DNA of 64,000 nucleotides from an uncultured Rhizobium sp. (GCA_964415065.1 CAYPYX010000010.1:864-64863), one strand, 5' to 3'; positions 16,623 to 27,094 are shown, counted from the first letter of the stretch. Numbers and translations are program-made. The notes: generated by a model from the sequence alone, not told the origin.

Positions 16623-17546
16623 TTATATTTTGATGATATAATTTAAAACAATACCCGGATTCAATGTGGAGAATGCCGTGCCGCTGCCTGTGTTACCAAT
16701 AGTGCCCGCAGCAGTTACAGTATGATTATGAGTTTCTGAACTGGTATTGATATTTGAAGGCTGAGTGCTGTGCGTATTACTTGAAGTTCTCCAATAGAAG
16801 TTGTTGTCATTGTCAGTAGCTGCACTGATGCCATATCGTGCGTTTCCACCAACACCACCGCTGAAATTTTCAGCGAAATACGCATCGTTGTAATTATGGG
16901 AGTGGGAATTATCTGACGTGGTTACTGACGAACCCGTAAAGGTGTGATTGTGGCTAGGTAAATTGCTAGTAGATAATGTAACAGTCTGATTTCCTCCAAC
17001 TGCTCCAATTGTATTATTTGCATTAATTCCACTGGTCGTAGTTAAACGGTTCGCAGTAGTACCACCCATATTGTCTAATCCAAAAATTGTCCTTCCTCTG
17101 AGATCAGGAATATTGAACGTGGTAGAACCATTGCCAGCGCCAAAACTGGTACTTATGGTTGTGAATAGATTTGAATAGGTGGATCTACTAACCGCCGAAC
17201 CATCGCACAAAAGCCAACCAGAAGGAGCGGTTGTTCCAGCGAATGCCATAATGGTGCCACTCGGTACACCACCAGTTCCTCCACTGGTAAGATTAATCCA
17301 AGAAGATCCAGTATAATAATAAAAACCGGATGTACCGTCGGTCTGAAAAACCAACAATCCTGTAGCAGGATTGGATATACTCGTTCTTTGAGCAGCCGTT
17401 AATCGAGGAGTTAAAAAACCCTTTGAATTGCTGTTAATTTCTAGTTGTGCACTACCATCTGGTGAAGTAGTTCCAATACCAACCTGAGATTGCAATTGGT
17501 TAAATAACAGGGAAATGAATGCGATTAAAGTAAAACGGTGAATCAT
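16623..17546 (-). CDS. Phage tail collar domain protein (MdpB-like), secreted
   Basis: GTIMAFAGTTAPSGWLLCDGSAVSRSTYSNLFTTISTSFGAGNGSTTFNIPDLRGRTIFG is the tail-collar signature. An N-terminal signal peptide is present. Confidence 0.85.
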   Translation of the reverse strand: MIHRFTLIAFISLLFNQLQSQVGIGTTSPDGSAQLEINSNSKGFLTPRLTAAQRTSISNPATGLLVFQTDGTSGFYYYTGSSWINLTSGGTGGVPSGTIMAFAGTTAPSGWLLCDGSAVSRSTYSNLFTTISTSFGAGNGSTTFNIPDLRGRTIFGLDNMGGTTANRLTTTSGINANNTIGAVGGNQTVTLSTSNLPSHNHTFTGSSVTTSDNSHSHNYNDAYFAENFSGGVGGNARYGISAATDNDNNFYWRTSSNTHSTQPSNINTSSETHNHTVTAAGTIGNTGSGTAFSTLNPGIVLNYIIKI

Positions 17547-17664
17547 AGAAGTACATTAAGCTTGCTGCAAAATTAACAACTTGATGCGAAAGGCGTATTT
17601 TAAATTCATTTGTGTTGTGTTATTTTTTGTAACATTCAACATTTAAATCCATTAATTTTACGGA

Positions 17665-18297
17665 ATGGTTTCTAAGTCCAATACGCTGGAAGAGTACTAT
17701 GCACAAGGTTGTGGTAGATGTTCCTTAGGCCCAACTCCAGAATGTAAAGCCAAAAAATGGTTCAATGAGTTTGAATTATTGAGAAGCATCTTGCTCGACT
17801 GTCCTCTGCAGGAAGAAGTAAAATGGGGTTCTCCCACCTATACCTACAACGGTAAAAATATTCTGATTTATGGTGCTTGGAAAGAGGATTGTTCTTTGGG
17901 ATTTTTTAAAGGATCCTTACTTTCAGATCCTGAAGGTGTTCTTGTGAGTCCCGGGCCGAATGCTGAATCGTCTAAATTGCTCCGATTTACCCATGTAGAT
18001 CAAATTCGCGAGCTAGAACCACTCATCAAAGGATTTGTTTATGAAGCAATTGAGTTGGAAAAACAAGGGGCAAAGGTGATTCCAAAGTCAGTAGATGAAT
18101 TGCATTTTCCACAAGAGTTGCTGGATAAATTTGATGAAAATCCAGAATTTAAAGTGGCATTTGATGCTTTAACCCCAGGGAGAAAAAAAGGATTCCTCTT
18201 TCACTTTAATGGCGCTAAGCAATCAGCTACACGCACTTCTCGAATTGAAAAGTGCATGCCTCTGATTTTTGAAGGAAAAGGGTTGCAGGGAATCTAA
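17665..18297 (+). CDS. DUF1801 / YdeI (OmpD-associated) family protein
   Basis: C-terminal FKVAFDALTPGRKKGFLFHFNGAKQSATRTSRIEKCMPLI matches the YdeI tail. Confidence 0.78.
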   Translation: MVSKSNTLEEYYAQGCGRCSLGPTPECKAKKWFNEFELLRSILLDCPLQEEVKWGSPTYTYNGKNILIYGAWKEDCSLGFFKGSLLSDPEGVLVSPGPNAESSKLLRFTHVDQIRELEPLIKGFVYEAIELEKQGAKVIPKSVDELHFPQELLDKFDENPEFKVAFDALTPGRKKGFLFHFNGAKQSATRTSRIEKCMPLIFEGKGLQGI

Positions 18298-18308
18298 TTT
18301 TAGAGAAC

Positions 18309-20222
18309 TTACAATCGACCTTCCTTAATTTCATCCACGATCATTGGATCTAATAATGTTGTGGTATCTCCAATATTACTTAATTCGCCTTCAGCAATTT
18401 TTCGTAGTATTCGTCGCATGATTTTACCACTTCTTGTTTTGGGAAGCCCACTCACGAACTGTATTTTGTCTGGCTTAGCAATGGGACCAATAATTCTGGA
18501 TACTGTTTGAATAATATCCTGACGGGTTAGGTTTTCATCGCCGTGAGTGGCAGTGCAAATCACATATGCATATATGCCTTGTCCCTTGATATCATGAGGA
18601 TATCCAACAACTGCGCTTTCTACAACACCCGCGTGCATATTGATAGCGTTTTCAACCTCTGCAGTACCTATTCGATGACCAGATACATTGAGTACGTCGT
18701 CAACGCGACCGGTGATTCGGTAGAATCCATTTTCATCGCGCAAACAACCATCCCCCGTAAAATATAAATTCTCATAGGTGGAGAAATAGGTTTGGCGACA
18801 GCGTTCGTGGTCGCCATAGGTAGTTCGAATGATTCCTGGCCAAGGGAATTTGATACATAGGTTTCCAGAAACTCCGTTTCCGTGAATTTCTTGTCCGTTT
18901 TCGTCAACTAAAATTGGTTGAATTCCAGGTAAAGGCAGGGTTGCAAACGATGGTTTAGCGGGTGTAATTCCGGCTAAATTGGAAATCATGATTCCTCCGG
19001 TTTCTGTTTGCCACCAGGTATCAACGATAGGTGCGTTGGATTTTCCTATATTTTCATTGTACCAATGCCAAGCTTCTTCATTAATCGGTTCTCCAACGGT
19101 GCCAAGTACTTTGATGGAACTTAGGTGTTTGTTTTTAAGAGGCTCATCCCCAAAACTCATCAACGATCGAATGGCAGTAGGGGCAGTGTAAAGTATATCG
19201 ACTTTGTATTTATCAACGATTTCCCAAAAGCGACCAGCATCTGGCCATGTAGGAATTCCTTCAAACATGAGGGTGGTTGCGCCTGCACTTAAAGGCCCGT
19301 AAACAATATACGAGTGTCCCGTAATCCAGCCAATATCGGCGGTGCAAAAATGAATTTGACCCGGTTGATATTGAAACACATTTACGAAGGTGTAATTGGC
19401 CCAGATCATGTAGCCGGCAGTGGTGTGTACCACGCCTTTGGGTTTGCCCGTAGAGCCGGATGTATACAGTATGAATAATTCATCTTCGGCATCCATTTCT
19501 TCGGCAGGACAAAACGGATTTCCTTGGGTTTCCACTTTTTTAATTTCATCTTCCCACCACATGTCTCTGCCTTTAATCATGCTTACAGGTGTGCGTGTAT
19601 GCGTGCAAACAATAACGGATTTTACGGAAGGGCAGGACATCAAAGCATCATCGATTACGGATTTTAATTCGATGGTTTTATTTCCGCGATGTGCTCCATC
19701 GCAAGTTACAACGGCTACAGCCCCAGCATCTTGAATTCGATCGGATATACTTTGAGCTGAAAATCCCCCGAAAATTACCGAATGGATCGCTCCAATTCGA
19801 GCACAAGCGAGGGTGGCAATCGCTAATTCAGGTATCATTCCCATGTAAATACAAACGCGATCTCCCTTTTGAATGCCATTGTTTTTGAGCACTTGAGCAA
19901 ATTGCATTACTTTAAAATGCAATTCACGGTAGGTAAGCACTCGGTGATGATCTTCAGGATTATTAGGTTCGAAAATAATAGCAGGAACGTCGGCCTTATC
20001 AGCTAAATGCCTATCCAGACAATTTTCTGTTACGTTTAGTTTTCCCCCGGAGAACCATTTAGACTGGGCAGTTCTAAAATCCCAATCCAAAACCGATTCG
20101 TACTTTTTCTTCCAAGTGAAATTTTGAGCAATTTCATCCCAGAATATCTCGGGTTGTTCAACGCTTTTTTTATAGATTTGGTCGTATTCTTCTCTCGACG
20201 TTATTTGATACGGATAGCTCAT
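18309..20222 (-). CDS. acs: Acetyl-CoA synthetase (acetate--CoA ligase)
   Basis: AMP-binding motif LFILYTSGSTGKPKGV, WWQTETGG, and C-terminal LPKTRSGKIMRRILRKIA. Full-length similarity to Acs. The first ATG is at 20222; the track ORF begins at a TTG at 20234. Confidence 0.97.
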   Translation of the reverse strand: MSYPYQITSREEYDQIYKKSVEQPEIFWDEIAQNFTWKKKYESVLDWDFRTAQSKWFSGGKLNVTENCLDRHLADKADVPAIIFEPNNPEDHHRVLTYRELHFKVMQFAQVLKNNGIQKGDRVCIYMGMIPELAIATLACARIGAIHSVIFGGFSAQSISDRIQDAGAVAVVTCDGAHRGNKTIELKSVIDDALMSCPSVKSVIVCTHTRTPVSMIKGRDMWWEDEIKKVETQGNPFCPAEEMDAEDELFILYTSGSTGKPKGVVHTTAGYMIWANYTFVNVFQYQPGQIHFCTADIGWITGHSYIVYGPLSAGATTLMFEGIPTWPDAGRFWEIVDKYKVDILYTAPTAIRSLMSFGDEPLKNKHLSSIKVLGTVGEPINEEAWHWYNENIGKSNAPIVDTWWQTETGGIMISNLAGITPAKPSFATLPLPGIQPILVDENGQEIHGNGVSGNLCIKFPWPGIIRTTYGDHERCRQTYFSTYENLYFTGDGCLRDENGFYRITGRVDDVLNVSGHRIGTAEVENAINMHAGVVESAVVGYPHDIKGQGIYAYVICTATHGDENLTRQDIIQTVSRIIGPIAKPDKIQFVSGLPKTRSGKIMRRILRKIAEGELSNIGDTTTLLDPMIVDEIKEGRL

Positions 20223-20334
20223 GATGTGTTGCAAAAATTAATAATAATTGTTCAAAATACGATTTGGTTATCGCAAATAATGCAAAAAATAAGAGTAAAA
20301 CGTGTAAAAAAGAGACGAAATCCGTAAAAATCAA

Positions 20335-20682
20335 TTACGCTTTTTTAACGAATTCGCTTTTCAATGCCATAGAACCAAAACCGGGTATTTTGCAATCGAT
20401 ATTGTGATCACCGTCTACCAAACGGATATTGGTTACCTTGGTTCCCACTTTAATGGATTTTGAAAATCCTTTTACGGGAAGATCTTTGATAATGGTAACT
20501 GAATCTCCGTTTTGCAAGATATTTCCATTGGAATCTTTTACAACCGGACCATCTTGGTCTTGTGATTCAGAAGAAGCATCTTCGGGATTGAATTCATGGG
20601 CGCATTCTGGACACATCCAAAGGGCGCCAGTAGGATAGGGGTAATCGCATCCGCAATTAGGGCAAATAGGGTCTTGACTCAT
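20335..20682 (-). CDS. phnA: PhnA-family zinc-ribbon protein
   Basis: N-terminal CPNCGC...CPEC zinc ribbon and C-terminal [25 protein letters not shown]...IDCKI...LKSEFVKKA. Confidence 0.9.
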   Translation of the reverse strand: MSQDPICPNCGCDYPYPTGALWMCPECAHEFNPEDASSESQDQDGPVVKDSNGNILQNGDSVTIIKDLPVKGFSKSIKVGTKVTNIRLVDGDHNIDCKIPGFGSMALKSEFVKKA

Positions 20683-20696
20683 AGCTTGAAGTTAAA

Positions 20697-21662
20697 TTAT
20701 AAATATCCCATATTGATCAAATACTGAGCAATATCGGTTTCATCTCTACCAATGGTGGAGTTGAGGGAGTGCATTCGATTGTCTTTGAACGTAAGAATTT
20801 GATAGGAATGAGAGGTGGCTCCTTCAGCTGTAGCCGTACCTACAGTAATTCCAGTTAACAATGAAACGGTATAAGTAGTAACAATAGTTCCATTCTGCGC
20901 CACCGTGCTTTTGGTGATGTTTCCAACGCTTTTGAAGTCCTGTTGTATGTTGGATCCAATTACTTGCACCATGGCGTTTCTATTTCTCTGAACTAGAGCA
21001 TAGTTCGGATTGTTGAATCCGCCTCCATTGTTCATTCCGCCATTGTTTTGCCCTGGGTAACCACCAGATCCGGCTGAATTTCCCATTCCACCAGCAATAA
21101 CAGTAACGCCGGAATGATTTATTTGTGCTTGAGGATGATTGTTAACAATAATAGCCGTCATGAAATTGGGAACAGGATGCATGGCCACAAATTTGTCGCT
21201 AGCATTTTTGTCTAAATATCCATCCACAAAAAGACCGTTTTTTACAATATTTTTTTCGAGGGATGTTCCTATGCCCACCGGAAGCATTCCGCGTTTACCG
21301 GAAGCCGCAAAATAGAATTCGTAGTAGTTTAAATTTTGTGGGTTAGGAGCTTCTTGACTGGAAATGTAGCGTATCCAAACGGCGTCGGTACCATCGAGGT
21401 TTTTTAGAGTACCTTTTATCAAACTGCCTAAGAATTTACTTTCTTCAATGAATATACAAACGGGCTTACCAATGTAAAAAAGGGTGTCGAGACTAACAAC
21501 GGCTTTTTCTTTAGCAATGGATTTTTGAACAGCAATTTCGTGCTTGATTAGTTCCTTTTCAGAGTGTTGAGCTATTAGTGCGTTGCTCATACATCCCCCG
21601 AAAATAAGGAAAAGCAAATGCCAATTTAATGGATAGCGATTCATTTCCCGAAGATACTTCAA
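20697..21662 (-). CDS. Hypothetical secreted protein with a Gly/Asn-rich linker
   Basis: Signal-like N-terminus and the low-complexity stretch GGMGNSAGSGGYPGQNNGGMNNGGGFNNPN. No family recognised. Confidence 0.65.
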   Translation of the reverse strand: MKYLREMNRYPLNWHLLFLIFGGCMSNALIAQHSEKELIKHEIAVQKSIAKEKAVVSLDTLFYIGKPVCIFIEESKFLGSLIKGTLKNLDGTDAVWIRYISSQEAPNPQNLNYYEFYFAASGKRGMLPVGIGTSLEKNIVKNGLFVDGYLDKNASDKFVAMHPVPNFMTAIIVNNHPQAQINHSGVTVIAGGMGNSAGSGGYPGQNNGGMNNGGGFNNPNYALVQRNRNAMVQVIGSNIQQDFKSVGNITKSTVAQNGTIVTTYTVSLLTGITVGTATAEGATSHSYQILTFKDNRMHSLNSTIGRDETDIAQYLINMGYL

Positions 21663-21672
21663 AGCTTTAAAT

Positions 21673-21702
21673 AAAAAAAGGCCGTCGAGTTAACGACGGC
21701 CT
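21673..21702 (-). terminator. Rho-independent terminator after the prx-trx-85aa operon
   Basis: Stem aggccgtcg / cgacggcct with loop agttaa. It is preceded on the plus strand by A7, which is a T-run on the minus strand. Confidence 0.7.
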
Positions 21703-21749
21703 ATACGCTGCAAATAAAATCGATATTATCATGAAAGACAATACGACTT

Positions 21750-22007
21750 TTATTTGTCGATGGAACCAAGAACGCGTTTCATGAATGCATTTAACGCTTC
21801 TTTCTTCTCAACTCCCTCTAAGGTGGATTTATGTACTTCGAGAGCTCCGTACATATTCGAAATCAATTCACCAATCACATCAAGCTCTTCGTCTTTTAGG
21901 GAAGAAAGTTCTGTTAAATGTTCAAGTACCGCGATGGTTTCCTCGATAAAGTCAGCATCGTTATTATCGATGAACTCCGTTAAGTGTTTAATGATCGGTA
22001 GTTTCAT
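21750..22007 (-). CDS. Small acidic helical protein (hypothetical), co-oriented with thioredoxin
   Basis: 85-aa ORF beginning 12 nt after the thioredoxin stop and followed by a terminator. Confidence 0.6.
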   Translation of the reverse strand: MKLPIIKHLTEFIDNNDADFIEETIAVLEHLTELSSLKDEELDVIGELISNMYGALEVHKSTLEGVEKKEALNAFMKRVLGSIDK

Positions 22008-22019
22008 GACAATAATGAA

Positions 22020-22328
22020 TTATGCAATTTTTGAAATAAGTTCACCTAAAACTTCTGCTTTGTTAGTTTGGGTTTGGTCCACTAATTGGCCATCCACAAA
22101 AGCAGCAAACGTTGGTAAATTGGAAACATTGGCTAATTTACGCGATTCAGGATTTTTTTCAGCATCGATGATAACGAAAGTAATGTTATCGTTCTCGCTA
22201 GAATATTTCTTGAATTTCGGTTTCATGATGCGGCAATTTCCGCACCAAGATGCAGAATATTGAACCATCACTTTGGAGTGAGCACCAATTACTTCTTGTA
22301 AGGTATCAGTTTCTAATTCGATCAACAT
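22020..22328 (-). CDS. Thioredoxin-family protein
   Basis: Active site SASWCGNCRIMKP (CxxC) and a length of 102 aa. Confidence 0.9.
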   Translation of the reverse strand: MLIELETDTLQEVIGAHSKVMVQYSASWCGNCRIMKPKFKKYSSENDNITFVIIDAEKNPESRKLANVSNLPTFAAFVDGQLVDQTQTNKAEVLGELISKIA

Positions 22329-22374
22329 AGTTAGCGTTTTTAATTTAGGGTAAGTTAATAAATATTTTTAAAAT

Positions 22375-22403
22375 AACGCCGCAGGATTTTAATCTGCGGC
22401 GTT
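22375..22403 (-). terminator. Intergenic hairpin between the peroxiredoxin and thioredoxin genes (terminator or attenuator)
   Basis: 10-bp stem aacgccgcag / ctgcggcgtt with loop gattttaat. The flanking T-run is weak. Confidence 0.45.
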
Positions 22404-22426
22404 TGAGTTTTGGTTGAATGTGTTTA

Positions 22427-23065
22427 TTAGTGTTGGCTCAAGTATCCAGCTACTCCATCGCGGGTTGCAGACATAGCGTCTTTACCTTCTTCCCAATTGG
22501 CAGGACAAACTTCACCTTTAGTTTGAACGTGAGTGAATGCATCGATCAAACGAAGGTATTCATTAACGTTTCTGCCTAATGGCATGTGATTTACACTTTC
22601 GTGAAATACTGTGCCAGTCTCATCGATCAAGTATGTAGCGCGGAAAGTAACGTTAGAACCGGTGTATAAAACGGTATCTAATTCTTCGTTGTATTCGGAA
22701 GATTGGATGTCTAAAATATCCAATACACTTGAAAGATTGCGGTTGGTATCTGCCAAAATTGGGTAAGTTACACCTTCAATTCCGCCGTTGTCTTTTGCTG
22801 TATTTAACCAAGCAAAGTGAACTTCATTGGTGTCGCAAGATGCACCAATTACGATGGTGTTGCGTTTTTCGAATTCCGCTAATGCCGCTTGAAAAGCGTG
22901 CAATTCAGTTGGACAAACGAAAGTGAAATCTTTAGGATACCAGAATAACAATACTTTTTTGTTGTTTTTGGTAGCTTCTTCAAATACGTTGATGGACAAA
23001 TTGTCGCCCATGTGATCGATCGCGTCTACTGCGATATTTGGGAATTTTTTTCCTACAATTGACAT
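22427..23065 (-). CDS. Typical 2-Cys peroxiredoxin (AhpC/Prx1 family)
   Basis: Peroxidatic motif DFTFVCPTE and resolving GEVCPANW. ATG at 23065 (MSIVGKKFP); the track ORF extends to a TTG at 23095. Confidence 0.93.
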   Translation of the reverse strand: MSIVGKKFPNIAVDAIDHMGDNLSINVFEEATKNNKKVLLFWYPKDFTFVCPTELHAFQAALAEFEKRNTIVIGASCDTNEVHFAWLNTAKDNGGIEGVTYPILADTNRNLSSVLDILDIQSSEYNEELDTVLYTGSNVTFRATYLIDETGTVFHESVNHMPLGRNVNEYLRLIDAFTHVQTKGEVCPANWEEGKDAMSATRDGVAGYLSQH

Positions 23066-23221
23066 TGTTTTATGATTTAATTTATTTTGGTGCAAAAATA
23101 CAAAAACCTCCTGTCAATATGTGTGACTTTTGTGCCAAATTCGTTGGAATAACATAAAACAAACGACGAACGATTAACAGCTACTTAGTTGCCGGAGTTC
23201 ACAGCAGATGAATTGCAGGAA

Positions 23222-23938
23222 TCAAAAGTTAGGGTCAGTCATCATAAGTCCTTCTACGTACTTGGAAGATTTGGATGTTTGCAGAGGGATCAAGTCGTCG
23301 ATAATAGGTGAATTAGAAGGAGATTTCAATTCAATGATAGCGTATTCTTGATTTTGATGTTTTAACTGAGTTTGGCAATTATAGAAACTTAAATCTGTAT
23401 CGATAGTTACTCTAACTGACTCAGAGACATCCATGAAATATCTTCGGAGATATCGGTTAATGAGAGAGGGTTGATGCTGAACAACTTCCAGAAATAAAGT
23501 GTTGGATTCGTTGATAAGCTTTTGCTCAAATTGTTGAAATAAACCTTGTACTTCACCTAAGTTATTCCAATGAAAGTTTCCCAGTTTTTGTGAAAACTTT
23601 TGATTTACGTCGTCGATTTTGTCTTTGTATTCAGCGGTTACATTGATGTCTCCAAATGCTTGGCCGTACCAGCGAAAACGAAGTTTAGTTCGTTCGCTAA
23701 ATCCCTCCACATTGTCGTTTAGATGTTCCATGTCTAATTTGTCGCAATACAAATTATTGATCCATCTGGGATGATAAATGGGAGAGCACCCATGAGCTAA
23801 GAGAAGCGTTTCTATACGGTCAATTTCTTGTAAGGGTACTGTGAATTTACGTTCAAAACGATGTTCGGTTTTGAACGCCTTTTGTTCAAATGGATTTAAC
23901 CATGAACGTAATTTGGACAGAGAGAACGAAATTGCCAT
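23222..23938 (-). CDS. VTC-domain (CYTH/TTM-like polyphosphate polymerase domain) protein
   Basis: FERKFTVP..., TKLRFRWYG, YAIIELKSP and SKSSKYVEGL follow the alternating basic/acidic beta-strand pattern of the VTC/CYTH tunnel fold. Starts 3 nt after the upstream stop. Confidence 0.75.
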   Translation of the reverse strand: MAISFSLSKLRSWLNPFEQKAFKTEHRFERKFTVPLQEIDRIETLLLAHGCSPIYHPRWINNLYCDKLDMEHLNDNVEGFSERTKLRFRWYGQAFGDINVTAEYKDKIDDVNQKFSQKLGNFHWNNLGEVQGLFQQFEQKLINESNTLFLEVVQHQPSLINRYLRRYFMDVSESVRVTIDTDLSFYNCQTQLKHQNQEYAIIELKSPSNSPIIDDLIPLQTSKSSKYVEGLMMTDPNF

Positions 23939-23941
23939 GGT

Positions 23942-26248
23942 TTATCCTTTTTTTGTTGCCCTACCGAATTGCTTTCCGTATAACATAGATTCAACATCTT
24001 TGACCCACTTGATTTTTTTGCCTCGATGTCGGATTTTGGATTTTTTCTGAATAAGGTAATTGACGGAGTTAATATCAAAATCAGCGGTGAAATGAGCTTG
24101 ACCGTATTCTGGTTTCTTTTGAAACACTGCAATATTTAAATCGTTGTTTTCTAGTGTATTTTGATATAGGTTCAAATCCGATTGGTCTTTGCTGACAAAA
24201 GCAATTGCTGAATTTCGAATGGTATTTTTCAGTGCACGAAAGGCACTTCGTTCACCACAGGAAATGGCCTTATCATGGATGTTGGTGAATTCATTGTGAT
24301 GAATGTCCATATCGCTACCGGAGCCATCAACTCCGTCGTTGCCTATTTCTTCGAACCGATTATTGCGGACAACACCATTCGAAAAATCTGAGTCAAAGGC
24401 ATCGCTTAACACATCATGAAAATAGGAATTTTCAATTATAAAGTTTTTGCAGTCAAAAATGTTGAGTATATCATCTCCCAAGCGATTGTTAGAAAACTCA
24501 CAATAGTTGATACGAACAATTTTGCTACGATGAATGGTCAGACCTGCAGGCGTGTTGTGAATACCGTTCGATAAACTGGAAAATCCCTCAAATTGGGTAT
24601 GAGTAAGATTGCAAATTTCTGGAGATTGGAAAAATAGCGATGCGCGGGCTTCATCATTTACACTAAATTTAATTGGAGAACCAGCTGTGCCCATCGATTC
24701 CAAATTTCCCCAAACGTACAATACGGAGTTTTTACCTGTAAACCGGACCTGAGTTCCAGGTTGAATTTTTAACGTTGTGTTTTGGGGGATGTTTACAACG
24801 CCATTGATGATTTTATTTCCGCTCCAGATGATGGTGTTAGGTGTAGGGTTAGGAGTTTCATTTAAAGCGAATGAAAATTTTTGAATCGCTGTATTTGAGG
24901 CTGTATTTGGCGCATTGAATAACTCACAACGATGTGATAATTGAGATTTGACTTCATTGAATTCACTCAATTGATTTATCGACATTCCTGTAAATGCGGT
25001 TTTAAATTGTCCGTTTTCTATTTTTTCATTGAGAGATTTGCTGACTATCAATACATATTTATCCAGTAAATCAAATGTATTTTTATCGTGCTTTATGAGC
25101 CATTCAAAATAATTAGAAACAAAATTTGGCTGGCTATGTGAAATACTGTCTCTAAAAAATTGAATATGGTATTTGTAATGTTCAAATCGCTTTTGACGAG
25201 TAAAGTTTCGAGAATCTATAGTGGCAGACAATCGATTATCAGGACCTACTTCACGCAATAACGGTTCAAATGTGTGATTTACTGGATTGTAATACCAATG
25301 TAAGTTAATGTCCACCAAATGATGCCAAGATTTCATAACCACACCAATCGCGAATACCCCTAAGAATTTAGTTTTATCAATTTTTGGGAAGAGTTCTTCG
25401 TGGTCTTTGTTGAATAGTCGAGAAATATACTTCCGGATATTTTCAGTTTTTACAGAATCGTCGAGCTCAACATTAAATTCCAGGTCGATATTCTTTTCTT
25501 CCAAACCCGGTAAATGTTTAAGGGGGCCAGCAAAACCTTTTTCGAAAATGACTGATTCTCTGCGTTGATTACGTTCTATTAAATATTTACCTAAATCATC
25601 CTCGCGCAATAAATACATGGGTTTTTGTTTGCGAAATTGAACAATAACTGGAGTATAACGAATTTGAATGCCCTGGAAAAGCTCGTGGTATAATTCATTC
25701 GCTAGAGGATCAACAATGTAATTTCGAGTACCTGGAACTAGTAGGTTAATGGCTTTTTCTCCGAAAAGTCGATTGTCGCCATTTAGTTTCAATTTCATAG
25801 AAAAGTAGTCGAACCCCGAATGATGGTCGCTCCACATACCCGTCATGGAAATTTTGGATTTCATCCATTTTGGATTTTCCGCATTTACATATTTAACCCG
25901 ACAACTGTACTTGTCTTTTTTCTCTGTCCACGGAGATCCGTCTAAATTATGATAATTTCTAAACTGTCGATTCCATTCTGCTGTCATTTCTGAAAAACGA
26001 TTGGGTGGCATGTCGATTTTCAGAGTATCTGGAACCGGTTGAGAGGTCACATTGGAATTATTTGCGAAATAATCTTTCAATAGCCAACCTTTATGGATTA
26101 AATCGTGGTCAAATCCTTTTTGTATAAGTTGAGTAATGTGCAGGTTGTAACGACTCACTGATAATACCTCAAGCAATAAAAATCCCCCGAGAATCAATAT
26201 GATGATCAATCTGTTGGACGACTTTTGAATGTTTTTGCGGAAATTCAT
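23942..26248 (-). CDS. Membrane-anchored CotH-like protein fused to right-handed beta-helix repeats
   Basis: N-terminal TM LIIILILGGFLLLEVL. The central region (NLHWYYNPVNHTFEPLLREV) resembles CotH. The C-terminal third has NNRFEEIGNDGVDGSGSDMDIHHNEFTNIHDKAIS beta-helix repeats. The CotH call leans partly on the known CotH/VTC/DUF4956 gene context. Confidence 0.6.
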   Translation of the reverse strand: MNFRKNIQKSSNRLIIILILGGFLLLEVLSVSRYNLHITQLIQKGFDHDLIHKGWLLKDYFANNSNVTSQPVPDTLKIDMPPNRFSEMTAEWNRQFRNYHNLDGSPWTEKKDKYSCRVKYVNAENPKWMKSKISMTGMWSDHHSGFDYFSMKLKLNGDNRLFGEKAINLLVPGTRNYIVDPLANELYHELFQGIQIRYTPVIVQFRKQKPMYLLREDDLGKYLIERNQRRESVIFEKGFAGPLKHLPGLEEKNIDLEFNVELDDSVKTENIRKYISRLFNKDHEELFPKIDKTKFLGVFAIGVVMKSWHHLVDINLHWYYNPVNHTFEPLLREVGPDNRLSATIDSRNFTRQKRFEHYKYHIQFFRDSISHSQPNFVSNYFEWLIKHDKNTFDLLDKYVLIVSKSLNEKIENGQFKTAFTGMSINQLSEFNEVKSQLSHRCELFNAPNTASNTAIQKFSFALNETPNPTPNTIIWSGNKIINGVVNIPQNTTLKIQPGTQVRFTGKNSVLYVWGNLESMGTAGSPIKFSVNDEARASLFFQSPEICNLTHTQFEGFSSLSNGIHNTPAGLTIHRSKIVRINYCEFSNNRLGDDILNIFDCKNFIIENSYFHDVLSDAFDSDFSNGVVRNNRFEEIGNDGVDGSGSDMDIHHNEFTNIHDKAISCGERSAFRALKNTIRNSAIAFVSKDQSDLNLYQNTLENNDLNIAVFQKKPEYGQAHFTADFDINSVNYLIQKKSKIRHRGKKIKWVKDVESMLYGKQFGRATKKG

Positions 26249-26365
26249 CGTGTTTTAATGAGGAGATGAGTGGTACTTTACAGGTGGATAAAAAGTTAGT
26301 GGTGTAGGTTTACACACTCCAATCTAGTTGTATGGGAGGCTAATTTAACCAACCGAAAAACTAGG

Positions 26366-27040
26366 TTATGCGTTGGATGTAGAGATTTTAACTAGTGGGT
26401 TTTGTACGTTGAAGTCGGTCAAAATCTGATTTACTTGAGAAACAGTTTGTAAACTAGCGTCTTGTAATTTGAATAACAAACGGTAATTGGAGTGATTTGA
26501 ATTTTCGTAGTTAGAAAGCGCAGTTACTGCAGGGATTTCTGAGATTTTTGACATGCAAGATTCTGCTTTTGTTGATTCTGACTCCGTGAACGTAATTAAT
26601 AAAAAGTCGGAATGCAATCGCTCCGATTTTACCGCACCTTTAAATCTAAAGATGGACACCAATGTAAACACAGCAACACATAAAGTCGAAATGATGAATT
26701 GTTCAGCGGCCAAAGAAATAGCTATAGCGGTTAGTCCTAAAAGGAAAATGATTTGCTCTGGTTCTTTAATCGCTGTACGAAAGCGAATGATTGATAATGC
26801 ACCAACCAATCCTAAACTTAGTGCTAATGATGATTTTATGGTAGTAATGATCAGATATATGGATAAAGAAAAGAACAGAAAGTTAGATGCGAACAGTGTT
26901 CTGTTGGACGTAACCAAAGCGTAATTTTTGAATAAAAGTTGAAAAACTACGGTGTAAATAATAAGTAACACAAGTCCCAGGCTGAAATTGGCATAATTAA
27001 CGGAACTGAGTAATTGAGTATTTTGAAATAACTGATCCAT
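26366..27040 (-). CDS. DUF4956-like membrane protein
   Basis: Four or five TM helices with the hallmark LSIIRFRTAIKEPEQIIF, then a soluble ~85-aa tail. Confidence 0.75.
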   Translation of the reverse strand: MDQLFQNTQLLSSVNYANFSLGLVLLIIYTVVFQLLFKNYALVTSNRTLFASNFLFFSLSIYLIITTIKSSLALSLGLVGALSIIRFRTAIKEPEQIIFLLGLTAIAISLAAEQFIISTLCVAVFTLVSIFRFKGAVKSERLHSDFLLITFTESESTKAESCMSKISEIPAVTALSNYENSNHSNYRLLFKLQDASLQTVSQVNQILTDFNVQNPLVKISTSNA

Positions 27041-27094
27041 GACGTTTTAAGTCGTCAAAAATAATTAAATCATCATTATAAATTAATATTATGA

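Noticed and set aside
21754-22263. 169-aa plus-strand ORF across the thioredoxin and 85-aa gene region.
   Set aside because: It is antisense to a clear thioredoxin (WCGNC) gene. The low-complexity Ser-rich translation marks it as a shadow ORF.
26553-26924. 123-aa plus-strand ORF inside the DUF4956 gene. Similar internal antisense ORFs occur at 29440..29793, 58180..58533, 41818..42204 and 42576..43538.
   Set aside because: All are antisense to longer ORFs with family-level motifs and have low-complexity translations. They are shadow ORFs.
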